Positions 41,274-50,824 of a stretch of 64,000 nt of DNA are shown here, in pieces. Each line of letters opens with the position of its first letter. Position 1 is the first letter of the stretch. The position numbers and the translations under genes are program-made. The notes below the pieces were generated by a model. The model was not told where the DNA came from, did no database searches, and saw only the letters and a program-made list of their open reading frames with translations. Source of the stretch: an uncultured Rickettsiales bacterium (GTDB lineage Bacteria; Pseudomonadota; Alphaproteobacteria; Micavibrionales; GCA-2720935); assembly GCA_950054255.1 (NCBI GenBank), contig CATLOR010000002.1, forward strand, positions 264,325 to 328,324, in the 5' to 3' direction.

Positions 41274-41885
41274 ATGACGTTTTCACTTCCAGACCTTCCC
41301 TATGCTAGCAACGCTCTTGAGCCTCATATTAGTGCAGAAACATTTAGCTTTCATCATGGCAAACACCACCAAGCTTATATTAACAAAGCAAATGATATGA
41401 TCTCGGGCACAGAATATGAAGGAAAAACAGCGGAAGAAATTATTAAAGCCACTGCAGGCCAAGCCGATAAACAAGGTCTTTTTAATAATGTCGCTCAACA
41501 TTGGAACCATAGTTTTTTCTGGAGATCTCTTTCAGCAACAAAACAAGAGATCCCTGCTGAATTAGAAGTACGCCTTATCGAAGATTTCGGCTCTGTGGAT
41601 GCTTTCAAAACAGAGTTCACCTCCGCTGGAGGCACTCAGTTTGGATCAGGTTGGGCTTGGCTCGTGATGGACAACACAGGGAAACTTCATGTAAAGAAAA
41701 CAGCCAATGCAGAAACACCATTAGCAGATGGATTTAAACCTCTACTTACTTGTGATGTGTGGGAACATGCTTATTACCTGGACTATCAAAACCGTCGTTC
41801 CGACTTCTTAAATGACTTTGTTAACACACTTGCAAACTGGGAGTTTGCTCTAGAAAACATCAAAGGTGAAGGCTTTAAATTGTAA
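41274..41885 (+). CDS. sodB: Superoxide dismutase, Fe-type
   Basis: HHGKHHQAY, NNVAQHWNHSFFW, FGSGWAWL and DVWEHAYYLDYQN. Start at ATG 41274. Confidence 0.95.
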   Translation: MTFSLPDLPYASNALEPHISAETFSFHHGKHHQAYINKANDMISGTEYEGKTAEEIIKATAGQADKQGLFNNVAQHWNHSFFWRSLSATKQEIPAELEVRLIEDFGSVDAFKTEFTSAGGTQFGSGWAWLVMDNTGKLHVKKTANAETPLADGFKPLLTCDVWEHAYYLDYQNRRSDFLNDFVNTLANWEFALENIKGEGFKL

Positions 41886-41899
41886 AGCAGATAATTCAA

Positions 41900-41929
41900 A
41901 AAAAAGGCCTCAAAAATGGGGCCTTTTTT
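41900..41929. terminator. Bidirectional intrinsic terminator
   Basis: AAAAAAGGCCTC, short loop, GGGGCCTTTTTT between the convergent sodB and Mth938-like genes. Confidence 0.8.
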
Positions 41930-42302
41930 ATTTGTAAAGCAGCAGAGAGGCGCAAACTTTTCGTCCCTCGCTCAACAAAATATTATAAGTACGCGCAGCT
42001 GCACCTGTATCCATTACTTCAGCTGTTAACCCGTACTCTGTTAATAAAAATAATTTTAAATCCTTATCAATAAAAGCCATCGATTGACCTGTGCCAATCA
42101 ATAAAACTTCAATATCTAAATCATTAAGAAAAGAAAAATCCGTGCGTTTCAACTCTGTTACGGGCTTAGCTGTCCATTCAAACACTTGATCTGATGTAAT
42201 CACAACGCCTGTATCAAAAACATCATTACTCACCTTAAACCCATCACTACCGTATGCTTGTATTACTTTAGAGGACTGAGGAATAAGTGGTGTAATATCC
42301 AT
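41928..42302 (-). CDS. Mth938-like (DUF498, NDUFAF3-like) protein
   Basis: IQAYG, VLLIGTG and EVMDTGAAARTYNILLSEGR. Confidence 0.92.
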   Translation of the reverse strand: MDITPLIPQSSKVIQAYGSDGFKVSNDVFDTGVVITSDQVFEWTAKPVTELKRTDFSFLNDLDIEVLLIGTGQSMAFIDKDLKLFLLTEYGLTAEVMDTGAAARTYNILLSEGRKVCASLLLYK

Positions 42303-42308
42303 TATTAT

Positions 42309-43217
42309 TTATTTCCCACGTGTGTCATGTGTCGATATTTTAAGATAAAGAAGCAAAGGCACCGCCAAGAAAATTGAAGAATACGTCCCAACAAAAACAC
42401 CCCAGATAAGGGCATACATAAAGTCACGAATAACTTCGCCACCAAATACACATAGAGCAATCATCGCAATGAATGTCGTTAAACTCGTTAAAACAGAACG
42501 CGCAAGCATTTGATTTATCGATAAATCAAATAATTCTTCTAAGGGCATTTTTTTATAACGACGCAGATTCTCACGAACACGATCAAAATTTACAACTGTA
42601 TCATTAATAGAATAACCCGCTATCATTAAAACAGCCGCGACAGTCGACAAACTAAACTCCATCTGCGTAAATGAAAATAAACCTATTGTTGCAATTGCAT
42701 CATGAATTAACGCCATAACAGCCGCCACCCCAAGCTGCCATTCAAAGCGAGCCCATATATAAACCAAAATCCCACCAATAGATAGAATAATGGCTAAAAC
42801 ACCAGCTTCAATTAACTCTTCACCGACTTGAGGCCCCACAAATTCAACGCGCCTATAATCAACGCCTTCACCTAAAACAGCTTTTACATCTGATAAAAGC
42901 TTTTGCTGAACTGTACGCCCCTCTTCTTGTGCAGGAACACGGATCAAAAGATCGTTTACCGCACCGAATTCTTGAATGCTAATAGCTCCGTAACCAAGAG
43001 CATTTAAGTCTTGACGTAATTTTGTAATATCTGGTGTCGCTTCTGTTTTAATTTCAATAAGAGTTCCCCCTTTGAAATCAATACCAAAATTCAATCCTTG
43101 TGTAGCTACAGAAAAAAGAGAAGCGACAACAAGTAATATTGATAAAACAAACGTTACAAAACGCATTTTCATGAATGGAATGGTAACATTATTATTAGCT
43201 ATAAAACGCAAAAGCAT
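42309..43217 (-). CDS. secF: Protein translocase subunit SecF
   Basis: FGIDFKGG, EFVGPQVG, IAGYSINDTVVNFDRVRE. Confidence 0.97.
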   Translation of the reverse strand: MLLRFIANNNVTIPFMKMRFVTFVLSILLVVASLFSVATQGLNFGIDFKGGTLIEIKTEATPDITKLRQDLNALGYGAISIQEFGAVNDLLIRVPAQEEGRTVQQKLLSDVKAVLGEGVDYRRVEFVGPQVGEELIEAGVLAIILSIGGILVYIWARFEWQLGVAAVMALIHDAIATIGLFSFTQMEFSLSTVAAVLMIAGYSINDTVVNFDRVRENLRRYKKMPLEELFDLSINQMLARSVLTSLTTFIAMIALCVFGGEVIRDFMYALIWGVFVGTYSSIFLAVPLLLYLKISTHDTRGK

Positions 43218-43233
43218 CTGATATCACCTTTTC

Positions 43234-44784
43234 TTATAAAGAGAGTGTCTTTGGTCTTGTGCGGTTATGCCACAAAACAATCAATAAATGGGTCAACATA
43301 ATTGCAGAAAACATTGATGTTACAATTCCAATACCCAGCGTAACAGCAAAGCCTTTCACAGGTCCTGTTCCAACTGCGTATAAAAAGAGCGCTGCAATTA
43401 ATGTTGTAATATTCGCATCAACAATTGTTGAAAGCGCGCTCTTATACCCCGTATCAAGCGCAGAGATAACAGAACGCCCATTTTTAAATTCTTCTCGAAT
43501 ACGTTCAAAAATCAAAACATTCGCATCAACAGCCATACCGATTGTCAAAACGATCCCTGCAATTCCTGGAAGCGTCAATGTTGCTTGTAAGCTCGAAAGC
43601 AACGCAAAAATCAAACAGATATTAATAGCAAGAGCAATATTAGCAAACACGCCAAACAACCCATATGCAAGTAACATGAAACCTAAGACAGCTGCAATAG
43701 CAACCAAACTTGCGATTTTACCTTGCTCAACAGAGTCCGCCCCTAATGATGGCCCCACAGTTCTCTCTTCGATCACAGTTAAAGGCGCAGGCAGGGCACC
43801 TGCTCTTAATAACAAAGATAAATCATTTGCTTCAGATGTTGTAAACCCGCCAGATATTATGCCATTACCGCCACAAATAGCGCCCCTAATAACGGGCGCA
43901 GAAATAACTGCACCATCCAAGACAATAGCAAAAGGAACACCTATATTTTTCTTAGTGACATCACAAAATCGTCTTGATCCTGTTGCATCAAATTTAAAAG
44001 AAACAACTGGCTGCCCCTCTTGAAAAGTAGGTTGAGAGTCAACTAACATTTCACCTGTAATTAAAGCACGTCTTTTAACAGCAATCTTTTGATTCGGGTT
44101 TTCTGCATAAGGATATGTTCTAGAAGATGCAGAAACAGCGCCACCTAAACCGGCATTTTGATCCACTAGATGAAACGATAATTTTGCCGTCTTACCCAAT
44201 AATTGTTTAACACGATCAGGATCATCTACACCTGGTAATTGCACTAAAATACGATCCGTTCCTTGTGCTTGTATAACAGGTTCTCTTGTACCTGTTTCAT
44301 CAATACGACGTCTAACAATCTCAATAGACTGACTAATGATTTGTCTTTTAAATTCTTGTTTTTGTTCTTCAGTAAATGTTAGTCGCGCTTTATTTGAATC
44401 ATCAATCTCGTAAGAAAAGTTACCTTCAATATCTCCTAGAACAGACATGACCTTTTCACGATCATCTGTACTTTTTAAAGAGAATTGTAAAACTTCATTA
44501 ACTTGCTTAAGACCAATATAGCGGACACGTTCATTTCTAAGGCGATTACGAACCTCTTCACCAAGAGAGTCTAACCGATCAATAAGGACACGATCCATTT
44601 CGACCTGTAGAAGTAAATGAGATCCACCTTGTAGATCTAAACCTAAATTTACTGTCTTATGAGGCACCCATGCCGATATATCATCGTCATTAGATCCCCC
44701 TAACAAATTTGGTGAAGCATAAACGAATGCATATAAACAAACGATGGCTACAAACCAAATCTTCCAACGGTCGAAATGTATCAT
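43234..44784 (-). CDS. secD: Protein translocase subunit SecD
   Basis: LGLDLQGG, RRRIDETG, VGPSLG and GMAVDANVLIFERIREE. Confidence 0.97.
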   Translation of the reverse strand: MIHFDRWKIWFVAIVCLYAFVYASPNLLGGSNDDDISAWVPHKTVNLGLDLQGGSHLLLQVEMDRVLIDRLDSLGEEVRNRLRNERVRYIGLKQVNEVLQFSLKSTDDREKVMSVLGDIEGNFSYEIDDSNKARLTFTEEQKQEFKRQIISQSIEIVRRRIDETGTREPVIQAQGTDRILVQLPGVDDPDRVKQLLGKTAKLSFHLVDQNAGLGGAVSASSRTYPYAENPNQKIAVKRRALITGEMLVDSQPTFQEGQPVVSFKFDATGSRRFCDVTKKNIGVPFAIVLDGAVISAPVIRGAICGGNGIISGGFTTSEANDLSLLLRAGALPAPLTVIEERTVGPSLGADSVEQGKIASLVAIAAVLGFMLLAYGLFGVFANIALAINICLIFALLSSLQATLTLPGIAGIVLTIGMAVDANVLIFERIREEFKNGRSVISALDTGYKSALSTIVDANITTLIAALFLYAVGTGPVKGFAVTLGIGIVTSMFSAIMLTHLLIVLWHNRTRPKTLSL

Positions 44785-44803
44785 AATGTACTATCTTAAT
44801 TAG

Positions 44804-44970
44804 TTACTTTGTCGCTGCTTTTTTAGCAGGTGTTTTCTTAGTTGCAGCCTTCTTAGCAGTTGCTTTTTTAGCAGTTGCCTTCTTTGCCGCAGTCTTTTTT
44901 GTTGTTGTTTTCTTAGCCGCTGCTTTTTTCTTAGCAGGCGTCTTTTTAGTTGTTTTCTTAGCCTCTGTTG
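44804..44970 (-). repeat. Degenerate ~15-nt coding repeats (KKATA/KKTPA/KKAAT pentapeptides) in the yajC tail
   Basis: Translation KKTTKKTPAKKKAAAKKTTTKKTAAKKATAKKATAKKAATKKTPAKKAATK. Confidence 0.85.
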
Positions 44971-45316
44971 TTGCAGGCTTTGTATTATTATTCAAAGGCG
45001 CTGGCATTTCCCACTTACCTTGAATAGTTGCACGAACAACTGAAACTTCTTGGCCATTTCCAAGATCAACAAGAATTTGGTTGTCATTTTCAATTCTTTT
45101 AACTGTTGCAATAACGCCACCACCTGTGACAACACGATCGCCTTTCGCGAGATTATCAAGAACAGACTTGTGCTCTTTCATTCTTTTTTGTTGCGGACGA
45201 AGCAACAAAAAGTAAAACACGAAAAAGATTAAAATAATTGGCATCAAAGATGTTAAAATATCACCACCAGCAGGGGCAGCTTGTCCAGCGCTTGCAAAAG
45301 CTTCACTAATCAACAT
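44804..45316 (-). CDS. yajC: Preprotein translocase subunit YajC with a ~55-aa histone-H1-like tail
   Basis: FYFLLLRPQQKR and LAKGDRVVTGGG, followed by Lys/Ala/Thr repeats. Confidence 0.95.
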   Translation of the reverse strand: MLISEAFASAGQAAPAGGDILTSLMPIILIFFVFYFLLLRPQQKRMKEHKSVLDNLAKGDRVVTGGGVIATVKRIENDNQILVDLGNGQEVSVVRATIQGKWEMPAPLNNNTKPATTEAKKTTKKTPAKKKAAAKKTTTKKTAAKKATAKKATAKKAATKKTPAKKAATK

Positions 45317-45426
45317 AAGTACTCTTCTTTCTTTAAAGTTATTGTTAGTTTACAAATTTATATTTGGATTTTCTCATCATAGAGAGGATTCGCAAGGTTT
45401 CAAGGAAAAAACAAAAAACACCTCAA

Positions 45427-46314
45427 TCAAAGATACTTTTTTGGATCTAAAGCTTTCCCATTCTTGCGAATTTCAAAATGAAGCTGAGGCGTATTTACAG
45501 ACCCTGTTGAACCAACCGTCCCTAAGCCTTCACCTTTAGAAACAATAACACCTTTTTTAACTAAGCTTTTTTCCAAATGAGCATAAGCAGATACAAAGCC
45601 ACCATCATGCTTCACCAAGACAAGATTACCAAACCCTTTTAGTTCATTACCAGAATAAACAACAACACCATTTTCAGCCGCACGAACAGCCGTTCCTTTA
45701 GGTGCGCCAATATTTATACCATCATTAAAGAGGCCTCCTTTTTTAGCGCCATAAGACGACAAAAGACGCCCCTGAACAGGCCACTCAAACCCTTTTCCAC
45801 CACTTCTTTTTGGGGGCTTTGGCATATTGATCCGTTTTTTTGCTGTTTCTAAATTTTTCTTCGAGTATGAAACTTTTGAAGTCGATCTCGTAACACCAGG
45901 CATTCTTGATCTTGATAAATAAACCTGATCTCCTTCATGAAGCAAGAAAGGTGCTGATGCATTATTCTGACGAACAAGCTCTGTAATACTTAAATCATAC
46001 AGACGAGAAATGGAAGCATAAGTATCTCCTTTTGAGACTGTATGAATACGTGGTGACGGGATTGTTAAACGATCCCCAATGTTTAAAATGAAAGGACTCT
46101 TAAGGGTATTCGCTTCAATAATGTCACGCATAGGAATGTTATAGTTTTTTGCAAGCCTATATAGATTATCACCTTCATAGACTTGAATTACTCCAACGCT
46201 TCCGACAGCATTGTTAAAATTATATTGTTTTACACTTGCAGGAGGAGATGATCTTCCACAACTTGCCAAAAACAAAACCAACACAAGAAACACGTTAGAA
46301 AAAAGGTGCTTCAT
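45427..46314 (-). CDS. nlpD: NlpD-like lipoprotein (two LysM domains plus M23/LytM domain)
   Basis: Lipobox LASC, two LysM repeats, FEWPVQG, NDGINIGAP, SAYAHL and QLHFEIR; follows pcm. Confidence 0.88.
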   Translation of the reverse strand: MKHLFSNVFLVLVLFLASCGRSSPPASVKQYNFNNAVGSVGVIQVYEGDNLYRLAKNYNIPMRDIIEANTLKSPFILNIGDRLTIPSPRIHTVSKGDTYASISRLYDLSITELVRQNNASAPFLLHEGDQVYLSRSRMPGVTRSTSKVSYSKKNLETAKKRINMPKPPKRSGGKGFEWPVQGRLLSSYGAKKGGLFNDGINIGAPKGTAVRAAENGVVVYSGNELKGFGNLVLVKHDGGFVSAYAHLEKSLVKKGVIVSKGEGLGTVGSTGSVNTPQLHFEIRKNGKALDPKKYL

Positions 46315-46994
46315 ACGCCCCCCATAAAGCTCTGCCCTTCAACAGAAACATCGCATTTAGAAACATTAGGAAGTAACGGCACAAAGCGAACCGGAAATAA
46401 GTGATGAGTGTCTAAAGTCCCATCTTCTTGTTTTGTATAGCTAACGAGATACTGATCATTTGTCTTCAACCCAATTGGAATAATCAAAACACCTCCAACA
46501 CTCAATTGCTCGACCAAGGCTTCTGGAGGCGACGCAAAAGCCGCGGCCGTCACTATAATGCGATCAAAAGGCGCTTGCTCAGGCCAGCCTTTCATACCAT
46601 CACCACACTTCAAAGTAACATTATGAATCATCAAATCACACATCAACTGATTAGCTGCTTGATACAAAATATCATGACGCTCGATTGAATATACACGGCG
46701 GCAAATGCGCGCCAGAATAGCTGTTTGATAGCCTGATCCTGTGCCTATTTCTAATACTTTATGGCGATCATTCAACGCCAAAGCCTCTGTCATTGCAGCC
46801 ACAACGGATGGCTGACTAATCGTTTGCCCTCGCGCGATTGGTAAAGCCAAATCCTCATATGCTTTATCCCTAAGTGCTTCGGTTACAAACACATCTCTAG
46901 GGACGCGCTCCATAGCCGACAAAACAGATGTATCTGTTATTCCACTTGAGCGCAGCTTCATAATCAGCCGGATCTTTTTTATATCTTCATTCAT
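46311..46994 (-). CDS. pcm: Protein-L-isoaspartate O-methyltransferase
   Basis: QTISQP, VLEIGTGSGYQTA and GWPEQAPFDRIIVTAA. Confidence 0.96.
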   Translation of the reverse strand: MNEDIKKIRLIMKLRSSGITDTSVLSAMERVPRDVFVTEALRDKAYEDLALPIARGQTISQPSVVAAMTEALALNDRHKVLEIGTGSGYQTAILARICRRVYSIERHDILYQAANQLMCDLMIHNVTLKCGDGMKGWPEQAPFDRIIVTAAAFASPPEALVEQLSVGGVLIIPIGLKTNDQYLVSYTKQEDGTLDTHHLFPVRFVPLLPNVSKCDVSVEGQSFMGGV

Positions 46995-47071
46995 AAGTAA
47001 AAAAACGAATAGTTTAATAAGACGAATGTCTTATGTATGTACCTTAACTGTAAAGGAATTAAGATGTGACC

Positions 47072-47869
47072 TCAATCACTTTTCTTCATAAATAACAAAG
47101 AAACTTCATAAAGAAGCAACATAGGAATTGCGAGAGCAATCTGACTAATTACATCAGGTGGTGTCAAGACAGCCGCACATGCAAAAATAACAACTAAGGC
47201 ATAGCGCCTAGCTTTTGCAAATTTTTGACGACTTACAAATCCCGCACGATTTAGTAAAACCATAATCAAAGGCAATTCAAAAGCAAAACCAAAAGCAAAT
47301 AATAATTTCATCGTAAGCCCCAAATACTCATTCACTTTTGCTTCCAACTCCATAGAAAGACCTTCTTGCATTGAAGGCACTTCAAAACTCAAAAAGAAAT
47401 CCCATGCAAGTGGCAAAACAAAATAATAAACAAATGCCGCGCCTGTAAAAAATAAAACTGGTGTTGCAAATAAAAGCCCCATAAAAAACAAACGCTCATC
47501 TTTATACAAACCGGGTGAGATAAAGCTCCATAATTGAAAGGCAATAAACGGAAAGCTCAACATAAAGCCTGAAAAAAAAGAAAGTTTTATATAAGTTAAA
47601 AAAACCTCAGGTAAATTTGTAAAAATCAAACGTCCGCCACCTGCACCAAAAGCCTCAGCAAGTGGCGCCGATAAAAATGCATAGATCTCACGCGCGAAAG
47701 GATAAGAAGCGAGCATTAAAACCACAACACAGATAATCGATCTCACCAACACACGGCGCAAATCTGTTAAATGTTTAACAAAAGGCATTTGAAGAAACTG
47801 CTCATCTGAAGTGTTTTCAACCCCTGGCCTTTTTTCAGAAACATCCGTTTTCAGGACTTTATTATTCAC
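47072..47869 (-). CDS. tatC: Twin-arginine translocase subunit TatC
   Basis: MPFVKHLTDLRR, QLWSFISPGLYKDE, FGFAFELP and LTPPDVISQ. GTG at 47869 overlaps the tatB stop (ORF track gives 47878). Confidence 0.95.
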   Translation of the reverse strand: MNNKVLKTDVSEKRPGVENTSDEQFLQMPFVKHLTDLRRVLVRSIICVVVLMLASYPFAREIYAFLSAPLAEAFGAGGGRLIFTNLPEVFLTYIKLSFFSGFMLSFPFIAFQLWSFISPGLYKDERLFFMGLLFATPVLFFTGAAFVYYFVLPLAWDFFLSFEVPSMQEGLSMELEAKVNEYLGLTMKLLFAFGFAFELPLIMVLLNRAGFVSRQKFAKARRYALVVIFACAAVLTPPDVISQIALAIPMLLLYEVSLLFMKKSD

Positions 47870-48062
47870 CCTTATCACGTCTTTCTTTTTCTAAAACTGA
47901 AATATTATGTTGTGTTCGGTCAATATCATCCATTGTGCCGCGCCAAAAGTCGCGGAGCGAGCCAACATATTGACCACATTTATGAAGAATTTCAGGCATT
48001 TCCTTTGGCCTGATAAAAAGAACGGCTAAAACAGCCACAACGAGAATTTCTTGCCATCCCAT
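47862..48062 (-). CDS. tatB: Twin-arginine translocase subunit TatB (short)
   Basis: MGWQEILVVAVLAVLFIRPKEMP; lies between tatA and tatC. Confidence 0.88.
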   Translation of the reverse strand: MGWQEILVVAVLAVLFIRPKEMPEILHKCGQYVGSLRDFWRGTMDDIDRTQHNISVLEKERRDKGE

Positions 48063-48082
48063 AACAAATACCCCGCTATCAA

Positions 48083-48259
48083 TTAGGCTTCAGGCTTAGA
48101 GTTTTTATCCTCTTGATCTTTTTTATCTTCGCTCATGCCTGATTTAAAATTTTTAATGCCTTTTCCTAAATCACCCATGACATTTGGTAATTTTCCTGCA
48201 CCAAAAACAACAAGAACCACAACCAAAACTAGAATAATTTGCCAAATACCAATGCTCAT
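48083..48259 (-). CDS. tatA: Twin-arginine translocase subunit TatA (58 aa, below the ORF-track cutoff)
   Basis: Manual translation MSIGIWQIILVLVVVLVVFGAGKLPNVMGDLGKGIKNFKSGMSEDKKDQEDKNSKPEA*. Confidence 0.95.
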   Translation of the reverse strand: MSIGIWQIILVLVVVLVVFGAGKLPNVMGDLGKGIKNFKSGMSEDKKDQEDKNSKPEA

Positions 48260-48280
48260 TTTAAACTTCCTTGTTACGCA

Positions 48281-48940
48281 TTATAAATCGTCATCTTCTT
48301 CTTTTACACCGCTATCAGAGTCCGTGTCAAACAAATCAATTGTTTCTTCACCGCCAACAATTTCAATTGCTGCGCGACTATCCAATAATCCAGAAGCTTT
48401 CATTTCATCAACACCAGGTAAATCTTTTAAACGTTCAAGGCCAAAACAATCAAGGAAATGCTGTGTTGTTTTCCAAGTAACTGGACGCCCAGGTACCTCG
48501 CGTCTACGCCCTAAGGCAATCCACCCTTCATCCATTAATAAATCAAGAGTTCCTTTACTTACAGCAACACCGCGGATATTTTCTATCTCTGGGCGTGTAA
48601 CAGGTTGATGATACGCAATCACAGCCAATGTTTCCATTGCAGCGCGCGATAATTTGCGCGGGATCTCTTTCACAATCTCAAGATCTTCACCCAATGCTGG
48701 ATCCGTTCTAAAACACCACGCGCCGTCACGCTCAACAAGTGAAAATCCACGGCTTGAATAGGTTTCTTTTAAGCTTTGTAAAATAGTCTTTAAGTGCGCT
48801 TGTGCATTTTCTGGCAATCGCTTCAATATTTCTGCTTCACTTACAGGTTCACTTGACGCGAACACAATCGCCTCCACCAATTTTTCACATAAAACAGCAT
48901 CATAATTTTCAGTTTTTATTTTTTCTGCACTCATACTCAT
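48281..48940 (-). CDS. scpB: SMC-ScpAB complex subunit ScpB
   Basis: VEAIVFAS, LSRAAMETLAVIAYHQPVTRPEIENIRGV and FGLERLKDLP. Confidence 0.96.
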   Translation of the reverse strand: MSMSAEKIKTENYDAVLCEKLVEAIVFASSEPVSEAEILKRLPENAQAHLKTILQSLKETYSSRGFSLVERDGAWCFRTDPALGEDLEIVKEIPRKLSRAAMETLAVIAYHQPVTRPEIENIRGVAVSKGTLDLLMDEGWIALGRRREVPGRPVTWKTTQHFLDCFGLERLKDLPGVDEMKASGLLDSRAAIEIVGGEETIDLFDTDSDSGVKEEDDDL

Positions 48941-49776
48941 TACATAGACTCCTCTTCGCGTCTTTGTACAAAAATATTATCAAAAGGCTTTTCCTGTTTT
49001 AAAAAAACAGCCCCTCTTTTACCCATTTCCAGTCCGGCAATAAATGTTGATGCAATACGTGATTTTTTATAAAGACGATTGTCAATTTCAACATCTTCTC
49101 TTGGCATCAAAGAAAATAAATTAAGCCATAAACCTCGATCAATCTTACCAAGCATTTGCTCTAATCGCTCAAGGGCTTCATCTAAAGAAAGTAAGCGATA
49201 TGCTTCTGGTTTATATGAAGAATGTGTTTTTCTCCTATGAATATCGCCATAAGCCTTCATAAGATCTAAAACACTCACATCATAAATAGTATAACGCGAC
49301 GTAATCAATCCTTCTGGCTTACCCAATGCGAAGAAATCGATCCCCAAACGAGGCAAGTCAAAAACAAGATCCGCGACATTACGTATAGATTCAAGACGTT
49401 TTAATTGATAAGTCAGTGCATCAGCAAGCATTTGCCCAGATGGTTCTTCTTCATTTTCTTCGTCTTGAGGGAGGAGAAGTTTTGATTTTAAGAAAGTCAA
49501 CCATGAGGCCATTAACAAATAGTCTGCAGCAACGACAATTTCTATTTTTTTGGCTTCTTCAATAAAAGCTACATATTGCTCAACAAGCCTTAAAATAGAA
49601 ATATGTACTAAATCTACTTTTTGATCGCGTGCTAAATCAAGCAATAAATCTAATGGTCCCTCATAAGCATCTAATGTGACAACAAGCATCCCTTCCCGTG
49701 TTTCTTCTGTTGGTACACGGTAAACAGGAATTTCATCTTCCTCGAAAGGAACTTCTTGCGCTATTTGTTCTGTCAT
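48940..49776 (-). CDS. scpA: Segregation and condensation protein A
   Basis: YEGPLDLLLDL, AADYLLMASWLTFLKSKLLLP and STFIAGLEM. Confidence 0.95.
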   Translation of the reverse strand: MTEQIAQEVPFEEDEIPVYRVPTEETREGMLVVTLDAYEGPLDLLLDLARDQKVDLVHISILRLVEQYVAFIEEAKKIEIVVAADYLLMASWLTFLKSKLLLPQDEENEEEPSGQMLADALTYQLKRLESIRNVADLVFDLPRLGIDFFALGKPEGLITSRYTIYDVSVLDLMKAYGDIHRRKTHSSYKPEAYRLLSLDEALERLEQMLGKIDRGLWLNLFSLMPREDVEIDNRLYKKSRIASTFIAGLEMGKRGAVFLKQEKPFDNIFVQRREEESM

Positions 49777-49783
49777 ATAACCT

Positions 49784-50818
49784 TTACTGTATAAGTGCTT
49801 TCAACTCTTTTTCAAGTATAAAAGCGTCTTTAGCCTTATTTTCTGCGCTTTTACGCACTTTTTCTGCGCTTTCAAAACGATCCCAAGCTCGATCGCTCAT
49901 TAAAGGGATCTCTTTTAAAATATCCCAAACCTCATCAAAGGGGTTATTACAAACCAATGTTGCATCCAAACCAGATTGTAATGTGGCCAAAGCACGCTCA
50001 ACAGCCGACCCTTTCAATGCTTCCATACCAATATCGTCCGCAACCAAAAAAGCATCTCCCGCAATCTTATTTCTAAGTAATGTTGTTACCACATTTTCTG
50101 ATGTTGTAGCAGGCTTTTGAGCATCGATAGCATCATAAACAATATGTGCGACCATTCCCCATACAGACTGTTCAAAAAATGGTTCATCATATAATTCTCT
50201 AAAAGGAATAAAATCACTTAATTCCAAAACTGTTATATCGGTTGAGAGTTTTGGTAATTCTAAATGGCTATCACTTAAGGCACGTCCATGCCCAGGTAAA
50301 TGTTTTGCAATTGGTGTAACACCATAAGCCAAAAAAGTTTCACAAACATGGCGCGCCAATGCAAAAACCATATAAGGGTCTTCACCAAAAGAACGGTTGC
50401 CTATAATGTCATGAGCGCCTTCTATGCGCAAATCCATTACAGGCGAGCAATTAACATTAATCCCCATATCAAGCAAATAAGAAGCTTGCATTTCAGTATT
50501 AAGCGCAAGCGCTCTGAATGCTTTTTCTGGATCATTCTCATATAAAAAACCAAAGAACTCAAAAGGCAAACTTTCAGGAACAAGCGGTGGCCTCAATCTA
50601 GCAACACGTCCACCTTCTTGATCAATCAAAATAGGCGCATACCAACCAACAGAATCACGCAAATCGTCACATAACTTTTTAACCTGATCTCGGCTTTCAA
50701 TATTTCTTGAAAATAAAATAAATCCTAATGGTTTATAATCAGCAAAGGCTTGTTTTTCCTCTTCAGATAAAACCAGCCCTTGAATGCCAACAATTGCAGC
50801 TTTTGAATGCTTGCCCAT
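49784..50818 (-). CDS. nagZ: Beta-N-acetylhexosaminidase (GH3)
   Basis: GFILFSRN, DQEGGRVARL, KHLPGHG...DSH and DDIGMEAL. Confidence 0.95.
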   Translation of the reverse strand: MGKHSKAAIVGIQGLVLSEEEKQAFADYKPLGFILFSRNIESRDQVKKLCDDLRDSVGWYAPILIDQEGGRVARLRPPLVPESLPFEFFGFLYENDPEKAFRALALNTEMQASYLLDMGINVNCSPVMDLRIEGAHDIIGNRSFGEDPYMVFALARHVCETFLAYGVTPIAKHLPGHGRALSDSHLELPKLSTDITVLELSDFIPFRELYDEPFFEQSVWGMVAHIVYDAIDAQKPATTSENVVTTLLRNKIAGDAFLVADDIGMEALKGSAVERALATLQSGLDATLVCNNPFDEVWDILKEIPLMSDRAWDRFESAEKVRKSAENKAKDAFILEKELKALIQ

Positions 50819-50824
50819 AGAAAT

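Noticed and set aside
41880-41942. 11-bp direct repeat TTGTAAAGCAG flanking the sodB terminator, resembling a target-site duplication
   Set aside because: Both copies fall in coding ends, the enclosed DNA is just a terminator, and one such short match is expected by chance in 64 kb of AT-rich sequence.
43259-44023. 254-aa plus-strand ORF inside secD
   Set aside because: Antisense shadow of a hydrophobic membrane-protein gene; no RBS or family motif. The same applies to 30650-31264, 48135-48608, 15964-16266, 19689-20078, 4035-4382 and the other short nested ORFs in the track.
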